Shown: positions 52,121-64,000 of the stretch, piece after piece
Numbering within the stretch: the first letter of the stretch is position 1
Layout of the letters: each line of letters starts with the position of its first letter
Assembly (NCBI GenBank): GCA_965287045.1
Contig: OZ336886.1
Location: 26,102,001-26,166,000 of the forward strand
Length of the DNA: 64,000 nt
Direction: 5' to 3'
Origin: Carcharhinus amblyrhynchos
Taxonomy: Eukaryota
Program-made: the position numbers and the translations under genes
Notes under the pieces: model-generated
Database searches by the model: none
What the model saw: only the letters and a program-made list of their open reading frames with translations
Told to the model about the DNA's origin: nothing

Positions 52121-53984
52121 ATTGCATTGGCTCCCTTGCATGAGAACCAGCATGAACATAAATGAATCTCAGGGAAAGGTATGCCCTGGGACATACTATG
52201 CTGCATGCAAAATTTTCTGGTCAGTTTTCAAGTGCCTGTAGCCTATTCAAAATGGGGAGCAGTATACTGTGAAGTTTGGTGATCAGCCTGATGAACTACA
52301 TATCCAGGTGTATCTACACATTACAAAAGCAAGTCTAACCACATGGACAGAATTTTATCGACTGGCTGCAGCAGGAGCGGGATGGTAAAATGTGGTGAGC
52401 CATTCAAATGTCCATCGACATTGCCAGGACCATAAAGTCCTGTCAATGTAAAATTCCACTCTACATTTTTCTTGTTTGTAAATCGGGGACTATTAACCAA
52501 AAACAGCCTTAATGCTGCCTATTTCAAGAGATAGATCATAGAATCGTAGAATCTCTGCGGTGCAAAAGGAGACCATTTGGTCCACCTTTGAAGATGATTT
52601 GTTCTAACACACGGGGGGTGGGATAGGTGATCTTAGCAAAAAATTCCAGGAGCCAAATGGATGTGAAAATGGAAGAGAATTGCACCCATTTTTTTGGGCC
52701 AGTTCCTAGACATAATCTTATGCCACTTAGAGAAAAAAAATGAGGCAAAGTGTGATTCTCATCAGTAGGCAGAGTGGACAGAGTCTATTCACATGGAAAG
52801 CCAGCTGATGACTGCTAGAGTATGTCATTACACTTGTGCCACTCTCCCAGTGCACCAACTCGCAGTGCACCAACTGTGTTTACAAGAGTACACAGTTAAT
52901 GCACTGGGAGTTATCTCATTCCCCTCATCCCCCCTAACTTCACCACTCCCTGGCCAATCCAGCCCAAGCTCACTAACAATATCTAAATTCAGATGTAAAG
53001 GTTGTAATCAGCCTCCTGCCTTTCCTGGGCTTGAGGCTGATCATAATTGCTTCACAGTGTTGTAGTATCACACAAGGCAAAAAACTGGGCACGAAGCCAG
53101 TTTCTCGCTTCTCTTGAGATCTTACTGCCTTGCCATGATGATTAACTAGTGGGATGAGTCAACGAAATTGCCCCCACAGGCTTTTAAAATAGCTAATTAA
53201 TTGCAGTATTAACACATTAGTGATCTATCTTATTTAAGAATAGTGGCATTTGCTTGATGTTCATGTGCCATCAAAAACCCCCATTTGGAAATTGCCTGAC
53301 ATAGATAGAAAATGATTCACTTTTTGTGTTGATAAATTGTATAAATTTAGAACAGAATGGAACCTACTCCTGTGTTGGGTTTCCTTTTATATTAATGTAG
53401 AATGATTCAGAAAATGTAAATAGTTCATACTAGCAAACAGATGACAGGCCATTCTTTAGTCTGGTGTTGTTTTTGGATTCAAGCTGCAATAGTGAAATAA
53501 GCTAGGACTGTCTGAAATGTAATCTTCGATAGGGTTTTCGAGGAGTATAATATTTCAGGCAGAAACAACGCTGGATTCATTCCAGCAGGAATTGCTCTGT
53601 GTAAACAGGATTTATGACTGACAATCTGGAATGATTAAAAACATCTATAAAGTGAACGAGATCTACTTTTCTTCATACTGCTGAACAAATACATTATGCT
53701 GCCAAATAATGGCCCAAGCATATCCTTCTTATGATGTTGAACTTCTTCAATAAGCTAAATTTTGTTTATAGGCAACATGGAAATATAAGTTAATGTGTTA
53801 AAAAGAAAAAAAACTCAATCAGCAGAAGTGTAAAAAGGTTCTGTTGATTTCACACTTAACGATAAGTGCATTGGAAAATATAATAGTAGTACAGAAAAAC
53901 ATTTTATATTAATTCAATCCATTCAAAGTTGTGGATATTGCTATAGCATCCTTCATGTTATCAGCTGAAGTGGCTTTCAACTTT

Positions 53985-55200
53985 GGTTCATTTGCCAAAG
54001 ATACAGAAGTAGACAGTATTGTAAGCACTGTAGCTAGAAGCATAAAATTACAAAGAAAATTGATAGTGTACTATAGCAAGGGGTCAGGCACTGATGTAGG
54101 TGGGGTTTAGAGACACAAAGTAGGCAACCAGGAGACCAAGTCAAATCAATAAATGTTTTATTCATTAGCACATGTGAAAGCATGCAGCCAAGTTTATAGT
54201 CATATAATTGAAAAAAGGTTCAAGCTACCTAGGCAGTTTCTCATACAGTCAATAGTCAGGTTCTAAATGTGTTCATTGTCTCATCCTGATCATAATCCAC
54301 ATCACAGACAGCAAGGATTCCACCAAAGAAACCATGCCCTCCTTGCTTTCACTTTAAGGTAAGGTAAGGTATACCACGCCCTGAGGCGAGCCATTTTCCT
54401 ATAGCTCGGTGAACTACTTATATAGTCTGTGTAAGGATTCACAGCTGAAGCTCATCTCCAAGATGAGGTTGCCTGTTCCTTCTGGGATTGCCAGCAACCA
54501 TCTTGTGTGAAGCCTTGCTGTATTCAGCAGCCATGTTGAGTGAGGGATGGACAGTCTAGAACACGGAGGAACAAGAATATCTGAAACACCACCCCTCTAG
54601 CACCTCACCCCTTGTGACATCAAAATAGATTAAGTGACTGAGCAAAGTTATGGCAAATGGATTTCAATTTAGGAAAATACAAGGTCATCCACTTTGGATC
54701 CAGAAAGGATAAGTCAAGATGCTTTGTGAAAATCTAGAAACAACGGAGTACAAAGAAAATTAAGGGTCCAGGTAGGATCATAGTCTAAACATTAGAGTTG
54801 ACCTCTTAGGAGGGAATTAGAAAACATTTTTTCACACAAAGAAAGGGTAATAGAAGTTTGGAACTCTTTTCTACAAATAGCAATTAATTCTAGATCAGTT
54901 GTTTAATTTAAAACTGAGACTGATTTTTTTGTTGACCAAACGTATTAAGAGATATCTGGGAAAAAAATGAATGTATGGAGCTAGGTCACAGATCAGCTAT
55001 GGACCGGAATTCTCCGAACTGGCACACCCCACTACTGCTACCAGCGTAACGGAGAATTTGGCACTCAGCTAAATATCCATTGACAGCTGCAGGACCCAAC
55101 AATTCCAACCGCAAGTGAGGTTGGAGAATTCTGGCCATGAACTCATTGAATAACTGAACAAGCCTATGGAGTGAAATGGCCTACCACTGTTGAATATGTT
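53985..55200 (+). mobile_element. Old CR1 fragment interrupted by a solo LTR and a short MITE
   Basis: tttgccaaagatacagaagta (FADDTK relic) before the LTR; ttaagtgactgagcaaagttatggcaaatggatttcaat (WQMxFN relic) after it. Confidence 0.7.
54067..54624 (-). mobile_element. Solo LTR (558 bp) with 4-bp TSD
   Basis: TSD atag at 54063-54066 and 54625-54628. Starts TG and has imperfect terminal inverted repeats (caaggggt / accccttg). On the minus strand, ctatataag (54417-54425) lies upstream of aataaaa (54156-54162). The flanking CR1 is contiguous across it. Confidence 0.75.
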
Positions 55201-55734
55201 TTGTAGGATTAAAGTCGGAATTTATTCATAGATACAGGTCCATTTTCTGTTTCTTTTATTAACTTTCAAATTGACATATTAGTAATGGATGGAATTTAAT
55301 GGGTGAGTTTAGTGGCGGGGGTCATTTATTCAGGCAGTAGGGAGGCAGGTCAGGAGAGCAGCAGCTTTCTTGTCTCTGGTCTACGTAAGTTTGTGATGGA
55401 AAGGTGGCAATTAATGCCCACTTAAAGCTCTCATCCCTCCGCTGCTAGTATTCACCCTGCAGCAGTTTAGGGTGCCCAATCAAGGGCCCTGGCATCAGGA
55501 AGGAGGCCTACTGATAACCACCCTGCCCTCCCCTCTCCTCAAGACCCCCCCAACCTGAAATCCCCCTCCCACCATCACTACCCATAGCCTGGGTCCCTCA
55601 GCAATGAGCCTCAGGTGGGTACATTATCAGAAGCATTCCCCACCTCCCTACTGGCACTGCTGAGCAATAAAAAGATGCCAACCTCTGACCAGCAATTCTC
55701 AAAATGAGGACCTCTGCCTCTGAGAGCCCAGGGA

Positions 55735-56560
55735 AAACACAGTAAGAAGTCTCACAACACTAGGTTGAAGTCCAACAGGTTTTTTGGTTACAAACGCTAC
55801 TAGTTTTAGGGCTTTGTCCCTTCATTTAGGTGAATGGGGAGTTCTGATCACAAATAAGGCATATAAAGGCACACACTCAGTTTATAGAATACTGATTAGA
55901 ATGTGAGTATTTACAGCTAATCAAGTCTTAAAGGTGCAGACAGTGTGAGTGGCAATAGCATTAAGCATAGGTTAAAGAGATGTGTATTGTCTCCAAACAG
56001 GACAGTACGTGAGATGTTGCAAGGCCAGGGAAGTCATGGGGGTTACAAATATTGTGACGTGAATTCAAGATCCCAGTTGAGGCCGTCCTCGTGTGCAGAA
56101 CTTGGCTATCAGTTTCTGCTCAGCAATCCTACACTGTCGTATGTTGTGAAGGCAGCCTTGGAGAATGTATACCCGAAGATCAGAGGCCAAATGCCCGTGA
56201 CCGCTGAAGTGTTTGCCAACAGGAAGAGAACAGTCTTGCCTGGTGATTGTCGAGCGGTGTTCATTCATCTGTTGTCGTAGCGTCAGCATGGTCTCCCCAG
56301 TGTACCATGCCTCGAGACATCATTTCCTGCAGCGTATCAGATAGACAACGTTGGCCGAGTTACAAGAGTATGTGCTTGTACTTGGTGGATGGTGTTCTCA
56401 TGTGTGATGATGGCACCTGTGTCGATGATCCGGCATGTCTTGCAGCGGTTGCTATGGCAGGGTTGTGTGGTGTCGTGGTCACTATTTTCCTGAAGGCTGG
56501 GCAGTTTGCTGCGGTCAGTGCTCTGTTTGAGATTGTGCAATTGTTTGAAGGCAAGAAGTG
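55735..56560 (-). mobile_element. Penelope-like element 3' part (GIY-YIG endonuclease region and terminal repeat)
   Basis: The ORFs encode PCHSNRCKTCRII, an NVVYLIRC-type segment, and LRQQMNEHRSTI..PVGKHFSGHGH..EQKLIAKF. The terminus is aaacctgttggacttcaacctagtgttgtgagacttcttactgtg. Confidence 0.88.
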
Positions 56561-57285
56561 GGGGCCAGCCGCCCAATAACGTGTCTGAATGCAATGGACC
56601 ATTACCCAAAAGAGGAGACAGATGCTTTTGCTGTCTCTCCACTCAACAGTGAGACCCCAATGCCTACATTAATATAAACTCCATATTATTATCTTAAGGC
56701 ATATGAACATTTAAAATCAATAATTCTCATTCTAAAAACATTATAAAATGATGGCACTAAATTCTGGTGAACTCTGCATCCATTTCAGTTGACCTGGAAA
56801 TTTTAACAATGATTTAGATTTCAGTCATATTTAGATTACAATGCAACCTGAAGCTAGTGACAAGTAAAGCTTTGACTAGAATTGTTATGACATTTGAGCA
56901 CATTACAGTAAAGTAATATTAGTCCACATAGCTGAATAAATTATGGAAAAGAAAGAAAAATACAGAAAAATATCATATCTGTTTCTACACGAGTGGTATA
57001 AACGCATGCATTATTTGAAGATTCCCATCAACCTAAGACCTTGAACATTATATTTGGATGTTTCATGAACAAGCATGTCAGTCTCATTTACATTTTTTCT
57101 ATCTTCCTTTGAAAAATAACAAAGTTTGAAATTTGATTTTTATAGTCTTGTCTTGCCTGGTTGTTAGGCATTAATCTTTATTTGTCTTGATGTTGCGAGA
57201 AAAAACCAGATTAGCTGGCTTGATTCCCATTGGGTTGGCAGGTCTATTCAATACAAAGAAGAATTCACTTGAGTTTCATTTTCAG

Positions 57286-57336
57286 TACCTGCAACTCAGA
57301 TTCATAAAGGGGACAGAAGTCTTGTCTTGATGAATT
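57286..57336 (+). CDS. Candidate 51-nt symmetric phase-1 exon (PATQIHKGDRSLVLMN)
   Basis: tttcattttcag acceptor and att|gtgagg donor; open and frame-compatible with 40383. Confidence 0.3.
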
Positions 57337-57898
57337 GTGAGGATCTGTGTAATTGTTGAATGAAGTGTACATGGCTTACAGTTGAGAATAAGACTTCCAG
57401 AAATCAACTTGTTTTACATCAGTAGTATTTATAAAAACTGTGATGCCGAACTGTGTGCCTTAATTTTACTGTGGATCCATAAAGATATTATATTTGATGA
57501 TGACTACATTCATTTTCATGTTGAATATTTATATAATTTCTTCCTTATTTTGCCTACATTGAGATCTACGTTAAAAAGAAATGCATCACCTTGTTTGATT
57601 CCAGAACTCTATTTCAATCATAGTTTGAAATGACTGTTTCAATCATATTTCTGAAATTTCATAAATACTAATTGCAGGATGCTGTTTTTGATAGTTCTCT
57701 TTCCTGTCAAAATGGATTAACAATGATCAATGCCCGACCGACATTTGAACTGAGTGTTACATAGAGAATCTGTAATTTTCTTTATTGAATATCCTGATCC
57801 TATTCAGAATCTGACAGCATTGTCCCCAGAAAACTAGACTCTGTTGGTGTTTTTTGGCTCAGTTTTTGAACAATGTTAGAAAATACTGTAAAAGCATT

Positions 57899-59189
57899 GG
57901 GCGGAATTCTCCCAAAAAAATTCTAGGTATTGAATTTGTGTGTAAACTGGAGTAAATCACGCTGGTTTTCTCAGCAGGAGTTTCAAAATGAATCTTCCAC
58001 ACTCTGTGCAGTGCAGAGAGCATGTGCGTGAATCACTCTGAAAAATGGTAGGTGGGACCTATTCCCTCTACAGAGGCTGAAATCAGCATGCTAAGCAGGG
58101 CCCCATGCATATGCACATCACTTGGAAATCACAAAACAAATCCTCCCAGCATTGAAATCGCTGGCCTCAACCCCCCACAGACATTGTTGGACGTTCATCA
58201 CCTTCCCCCCATACAAAACATTTGCTGGCCTCCTGATTTTCCCATCCCCCAGTGACCCGGACATGGCTGGCCTACCCATCTCCAGTGATCTGGACATCAG
58301 TGGCCTCTCCATCCCCCAGTGAGCCAGACCCATTCCCCCAGTGACCTGGACATCACTGGTCTCCCCATCCCCCACTGACCCAGACATCATTGGCTTCCCA
58401 GCCTCTCCTTCCCCACTGACCCGGACATCGCTGGCCTCCCCATATTGCAAGTCAGCGACGTGGGGCAGGACCAGACTGCTAATTATCACAAGATGGGTTC
58501 CCATTCACTGCAGAGTACATGCAGTATGAGTGTCTATGCTAAACACAATACCCCTGCTTGGAGCAAATGATGAGTCTTCAAGCAGCACATCCCTAAGGTC
58601 CCTAAAACCCCATCACTTGGTCCAGTCCTTCATCACACTCCACAGAGAGAACAAAGGAACAGCCCAGTGGCTGCAGACATCAGCCTCACCAGCAGTCAAT
58701 AAAGGGGCACACCCCACTCCACCCCACAGAGACTACATGGGACATCCCTGGACCTGGAGACAGCATTTCCAGATCTCCAGGAAGTTATGCACAGCAAACA
58801 GAAAGTTTCCGGACTCTGTCTCCACCCTCCCCTGCACTCCGGGGGGCTGCAGACTGATAACACTAACCTCCTTAGTCCTGTCCAATGCTGCCGTGCCAGC
58901 TGCTGACTTTTATACATCTGTTGTAATCCCCATCGGTATGACGTCACGCCAGAGTTGGGGAGATGCTGGCAGGGGCAGAGATTCTAGTTGTGGATCTGCT
59001 GATGAAATTAGAAGGCATTAAAACGCCTTCATGTTAATTTGCAGCGTGCATTGTTCCACGCCAAAAACTTAGGCTGGGAGGTGTGCTCAGGTTGGACGCC
59101 GAGTGTGAATCCCATGAGTTGGCTAGCGCTCGAATCTTCCAGCTTATTGCACTAAAATATTAGCACAGCGGGATGAGAGAATCAGCCTC
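57899..59189 (+). mobile_element. ~1.3-kb Harbinger-type MITE with internal minisatellite
   Basis: Left TIR gggcggaattctccc, decayed right TIR gagagaatcagcctc, flanks att / atc; homologous to 18889-19887. Confidence 0.75.
58241..58441 (+). repeat. Degenerate ~33-bp minisatellite (~6 units)
   Basis: Unit approximately ccatcccccagtgacccggacatcgctggcctc. Confidence 0.8.
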
Positions 59190-59718
59190 ATCATCTCCAT
59201 TGAGATGTATGGAAAGCTACTTTTTTTAGACAAGCTTGCCAGCAGAATGTCATCTATTTAGTGAATGTGCTTCTGAGAATTATCTGAAATGCATGGCCCA
59301 GGCCAGCCTAAATTGAGAAAATTGATGATATGGCATATATCTTCTCTACTTTTACATACATATACTCAGTAATCGATAAGTTATTTGCAAAACAGAGTAA
59401 TTGGACACAATTTAATGCAGGCAACAGCGAAAATTCTGTACTCCAACACCCCCATCAGAACTTCACTCCCAGAGCTACATGAGTCTTTAAGAGATGCAGT
59501 TGTTAATTGATAAATTAATCAGGACAGTTTGGACTAAAAGTTCTTGTTTATTGGTTATTGAAATCAAATTGCAAATTAAGTGGTTGTTTGATGACAAATT
59601 TGCATTTAAATAATGAGAGTATTATTAATAAATTATTGAATATTAGTACTCATCTTGAAAGGATGGATGTTATTTTTAATATTTTGGGGGAATATTGTGT
59701 TATTCCTAAGGATACTGT

Positions 59719-59845
59719 GGCTGGAATTCTATCATCCCACCTGCCATAAGAATCGGAGCGGACGAGGGGAGGACCATGAAAAGGTTTGTTGACCCCGGGC
59801 AGGATTTTACAGTTTTGGGACCAGCGAGGCCATAAAATCCCACCT
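59719..59845 (+). mobile_element. Short MITE
   Basis: ggctggaattcta...cataaaatcccacc; same family as 40929-41056. Confidence 0.7.
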
Positions 59846-61044
59846 GTGTGTCTGAAATAATTGACTTAATTAAGTTGGAGAAAGGTTAGTAGAGACAGCT
59901 TGTCTGCGAGAGTTGAGAGGTGGAGTGCTAAATGTATACATGTGTAATAAGCAACCATGTTGAAGTGGAGTGACAAGTAAGTAGGTTAGTTTAGTGTTAG
60001 AGTGTCATTCTCAGAGCTGAGTGTTCTCATAAGTCTTTTCTTCGATGTAATTGTTTAAGTAATGTCTGTTGAGGGTTCTGAGCATGTATGGGCTTTGGCA
60101 GGCTTTTTAGTTTGCAAGAGGGTGACCTGACCTGTTTTACTAGTGCTCCTCTTTGCAAAGTCATTACTGTTCTGGTGAGTCACTGGTATGGTTAAATTTC
60201 ATAATTTAATTATAAAAAGAAATTACTTTTAAACAATATATTTGACTACCTTATTTGTGGTCTCAAGTCATCGCATTTAGCGATTCACATTCAGAGAAAG
60301 ATCGGAAAATTGTTTTTTCAACTGTTAAATTTCAAAGGCAGAAAGGCACTTTTACAACTTACAAACATTTCATAAGCAAACAAGGTAAAGTTATTTAATA
60401 TTATTTGACCCAAAGGGGAGGCAATAGAAAAATATTAAAAATGTTTATATTTTACAAAACTTGACTTTTGCAAACCTTCCTCCAGCACGATAAATATCCA
60501 TTAACCATTATTGTAATATTTCATATTACTCAGCCAATTTTGCATTCATGTTCCTGCTGTCCCTTTTATTCCATGAAGTAGGGACACTGCATCAAATGCC
60601 CTCTGAAAGTCGAAGTACCACATCAACAGTATTATCCTCATATGTTACCTCCTCAAAAACTCCAACAAATTAAACATGATTTGTCTTTAGAAATCTATCC
60701 TGGCCGTTCCAAATCAACCCACATTTTTCCATGTAACTTCTAGTCTTATCATGAATAATTGTTTCTTAAAGTTGCGGACCACTGAAGTTAAACTGGCTGA
60801 TCTGTAATTACTGGGGCCGCTTCCAACCTTTTGTGAAGAAGGGTATAACGTTTCCAATTCCCCAGTCCTCTTGTCATCTCCCCTGCGTCTAGAGAAAACT
60901 GGTAGGTCATAGCCAGTACTCCTGCAATTTTCATTCTCACTTCTTTCAATCTCTTTGGATGCATCTCATCTGGTCCCAGTGTCTTGTCAACTTTCAGTAC
61001 TGACAATCCATTCAACACTAGCTCCTTATCACTTTTGAACCTCT

Positions 61045-62344
61045 ATGCTTAATGACTATTGTCTGGTGCCGCTGACATATATCATTATGAAGTGTTTTGA
61101 GAGGCTAGTCATGGCACAAATCAATTCCAGCCTCCTGGACTGCCATGGATCCACTAAAGTTTACCTACTACTACAACAGGTCCACAGCAGATGCATCTTC
61201 CTGGCCCTACAGTCAACCCTGGAATATCTGGATAACAAAGACATCTATATCAGACTTCTATTTATTGACCGCAGCTCAGCTTTCAACACCATTATTCTTA
61301 CGAAACTCATCTCCAAACTCCGTTGCCTGGGCCTTGGCTCCTCCCTCTGCCTCTGGGTCCTAAACTTCCTAACCCTCAGACCGCAATCTATAAAGATAGG
61401 CAACAATACCTCCTCCACAATCATCCTTAACACTGGTGCCTCACAAGGCTGTGTTCTCAGCCCGCAACTATATTCCTTACACACCTATGACTGTGTGACC
61501 AAATTCCCCTCCAACTCGATTTTCACCACTGTAGTGGGTCAGATCTCAAACAATGATGTGACAGAGTACAAGAATGAGATAGAGAATCTGATGAACTGAT
61601 GTGACGACAATAATCTCTGTCTCAATGTCAACAAAATGAAGGAAATTGTCATTGACTTCAGGAAGAGTCGAGGAGAGCATACCCCTGTCTACATCAACAG
61701 GGATGAAGTAGAAAAGGTCGACAGCGTCAGGTTTTTAGGTGTCCAGATCGCCAACAACCTGTCCTGGTGTTCCCCATGCCAACACTATAGTTAAGAAAGC
61801 CCACCAATACCTCTACTTTCTCAGAAGACTAAGGAAATTTGGCATGTCAGCTACAACTCTCGTCAACTTTTATAGAAAACATTCTTTTTGGTTGTATCAC
61901 AACTTGGTATGTCTCCTGCTGTGCCAAGACTACAAGAAAAGATCATGAATATAGCCCAATCCATCGCTCCAACCAGCCCCCATCCATTGACTCTGTCTAC
62001 ACTTCCTGCTGACTTGGCAAAGCAGCCAGCATAATTAAGGACCCCATGCACCCCGGACATTGTCTCTTCCGCTTTCTTCCACTCGGAAAAAGATACAAAA
62101 GTCTGAGGTCACATATCAACTGATCCAAAAACAGCTTCTTCCCTGCTGCCATCTGACTTTTGAATGTACCTACCTTACATTAAGTTGATCTTTCTCTACT
62201 CCCCAGCTATGACTGTAACATTACATTCTGCACTTTCTTGTTTCCTTCGCTATGAACAGTATGGTTTGTTTGTGTAGAGTGCAAGAAACAATACTTTTCA
62301 CTTTTTACCAATACATGGGACAATAATAAATCAAATCAAATCAA
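61045..62344 (+). mobile_element. 5'-truncated Rex1/Babar-type LINE
   Basis: NDYCLVPLTYIIMKCFERLV, RLLFIDRSSAFNTI and NTGASQGCVLSP are characteristic of Rex1 RT; frameshifted; tail gacaataataaatcaaatcaaatcaaa. Confidence 0.92.
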
Positions 62345-62581
62345 AAACCCGAAAGGACAGAAGTTCCTCCACTGTCACCATTTCCTGGGTAGCATCTACC
62401 TCCTTTGTACACAGATGCAAAGAATCCATTTAACACCTCAGCCATGCCTCTGTCTCCATATGTAAATTCCCTTTGAGGACCCTCATTGGCCCTCTTTTTA
62501 CCACCCTTTTACTATTTATATACTTATAGCAAACTTCTGAATTCCCCTTATATTGGCTGCCAGTCTTTTCCATAATCCTCT

Positions 62582-62881
62582 TTGTTTATTTATTTGTTAG
62601 TGTCACAAGTAGACTTAAATTAACACTGCAATGACATTACTGTGAAAATCCTCTAGTCGCTACACTCCAGCACCTGTTCATGTAGACTGAGGGGGAATTT
62701 AGCATGGCCAATGCACCGAACCAGCATGTCTTTCAGGCTATGGGAGGAAAGTGGAGCACCTGGACGAAACCACGCTGACACAGGGAGAACTCCACACAGA
62801 CAGTGACCCAAGGTGGGAATCGAACCCAAGTCCTTGGCACTGTGAGTCAGCAATGCTAACTACTGTGCCATGATGCCGCCC
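62582..62881 (-). mobile_element. tRNA-derived SINE (same family as 111-406)
   Basis: Head gggcggcatcatggcacagtagttagcattgctg, B-box gggttcgattccc, and the same tail. Confidence 0.9.
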
Positions 62882-63461
62882 TTAAGGCTTCTCTTTTTTC
62901 ACCACTCTTCTGAACCTTTGGTATTCTTCTTGATTTTCAACTGTATTTTCTACCTGACACTGTTATAACTGTCACATTTGGTATCATCTTTGTTAACTTC
63001 TTTGTGCCCTTCTCAGGGCTTTACCATTATTCCTATCATGGACTATGCAGAACTGTACTCCATACTGCAGCTGAGGCCTGCACTGTGATTTGTAAAAGTT
63101 TAGCATGACTTCCTTGTATTTATTTCAGAGATCATATTAACTAAGCAAAGTATCCCCTGTATTTTCTTAACACTTTGTCAACTGCCCTGCTAATTTCAAG
63201 GATTTGTGCATCAAATTGAAACAGAAGGTATTGTATAAAATAGTATCATTTTAACCAAACCTACTGTTCACTTTTGAATAACTTGCTAGTTGAAGGTACA
63301 ACCAAATTGCTTTAAATTCTCTTTACATCATCCCCTATATAGTTCTAAAGGAGAAAAAAAGTTAACTGGTTTAAGGGATAGCTTAGGACAATAGAATGGA
63401 ACTGTTTTGTTCTAATGCTCTGCAGTAATTATGTAACCCATTATTACTTACTTTTTCACAG

Positions 63462-63497
63462 GTCATGACTTGATTACACTGACTTCTCATACAGAAG
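63462..63497 (+). CDS. Candidate 36-nt symmetric phase-1 exon (HDLITLTSHTE)
   Basis: cttactttttcacag acceptor and aag|gtacat donor; open in phase 1. Confidence 0.35.
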
Positions 63498-64000
63498 GTA
63501 CATGGGGTTTGTCTGAATTTATAACACTAGTAATATCTAAGAACGATATTTGCAAGAAGATAGTAAAATTTTACATCTTTAAGTCCTTTCACTGTTGGCA
63601 CAGTGTAGGAGTACCAGTACAATGGGTGATACAGGGCTGATGTCTTAAACTGCCAAATTTCTCACCTTGTCTGGCAAAATATCTTGATACGTAATGAGGA
63701 AAAAATTGAAAGGAAAGTTATTCCTTGTTTCTATCAAACACACTCCTTAGGGCAGCTCAAAGTAGCATAGTAAGGCTACCCAGACTCTAAGCCACAAGAA
63801 GTGCATGAACTGAAAAATAAGTGGAACTGAACAACATTTGGTTAAAGTTACTTAAAATGAATGAAGGCAGCTTTAGGAAAGTCATAGGTTAGTTTCTCTT
63901 AGTGATCTGTTCATGGTTGGTTGGGTTTGTCAGTTGACAAGATCATCGATTTTTATATACAAGATTAGTGGTCTCTTAGTGCTTCTTCAGCATTGCGTCC

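Larger units (their letters stand above)
60575..62960 (-). mobile_element. CR1 ORF2 internal fragment interrupted by Rex1 and SINE insertions
   Basis: LKVDKTLGPDEMHPKRLKEV..IA (60788..61018) and MAEVLNGFFASV (~62410-62445) are collinear pieces of CR1 ORF2. Confidence 0.8.

Noticed and set aside
58530-59021. 163-aa ORF
   Set aside because: It lies inside a GC-rich MITE and has no recognisable motif.
1-64000. Prokaryotic operons, CRISPR arrays or defence systems
   Set aside because: Coding density is very low, the repeats are vertebrate SINEs and LINEs, and there is no regularly spaced repeat-spacer array.

Overview
Eukaryotic, repeat-dominated genomic DNA, almost certainly from a cartilaginous fish and most likely a carcharhiniform shark. 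The basis is the tRNA-derived HE1-type SINEs, CR1/HER1 LINEs, DeuSINE-like elements, Rex1/Babar, RTE and Penelope-like retroelements, a solo LTR, and many PIF/Harbinger relics and MITEs. There are no prokaryotic features. The only convincing host-gene signal is a spliced + strand gene that I cannot name: a 205-codon first coding exon at 36690-37304, with candidate small exons to at least 63497. The most unusual structures are: (1) a ~403-bp, ~98% identical inverted copy of nearby sequence inserted into a SINE (15009-15411 vs 15652-16054); (2) an 84-bp fold-back hairpin inside a Harbinger Myb/SANT relic (30711-30794); (3) three decayed HARBI1-like transposases with Myb/SANT partner relics and matching MITEs; (4) two nearly identical young CR1 copies in inverted orientation, one with a possible 26-bp 3' transduction; (5) a decayed hammerhead-like motif in the Penelope-like element. 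I found no clear evidence of a wholly new biological system. All alignments, mismatch counts and family calls were made by eye, and repeat boundaries are approximate unless TSDs or TIRs are given.
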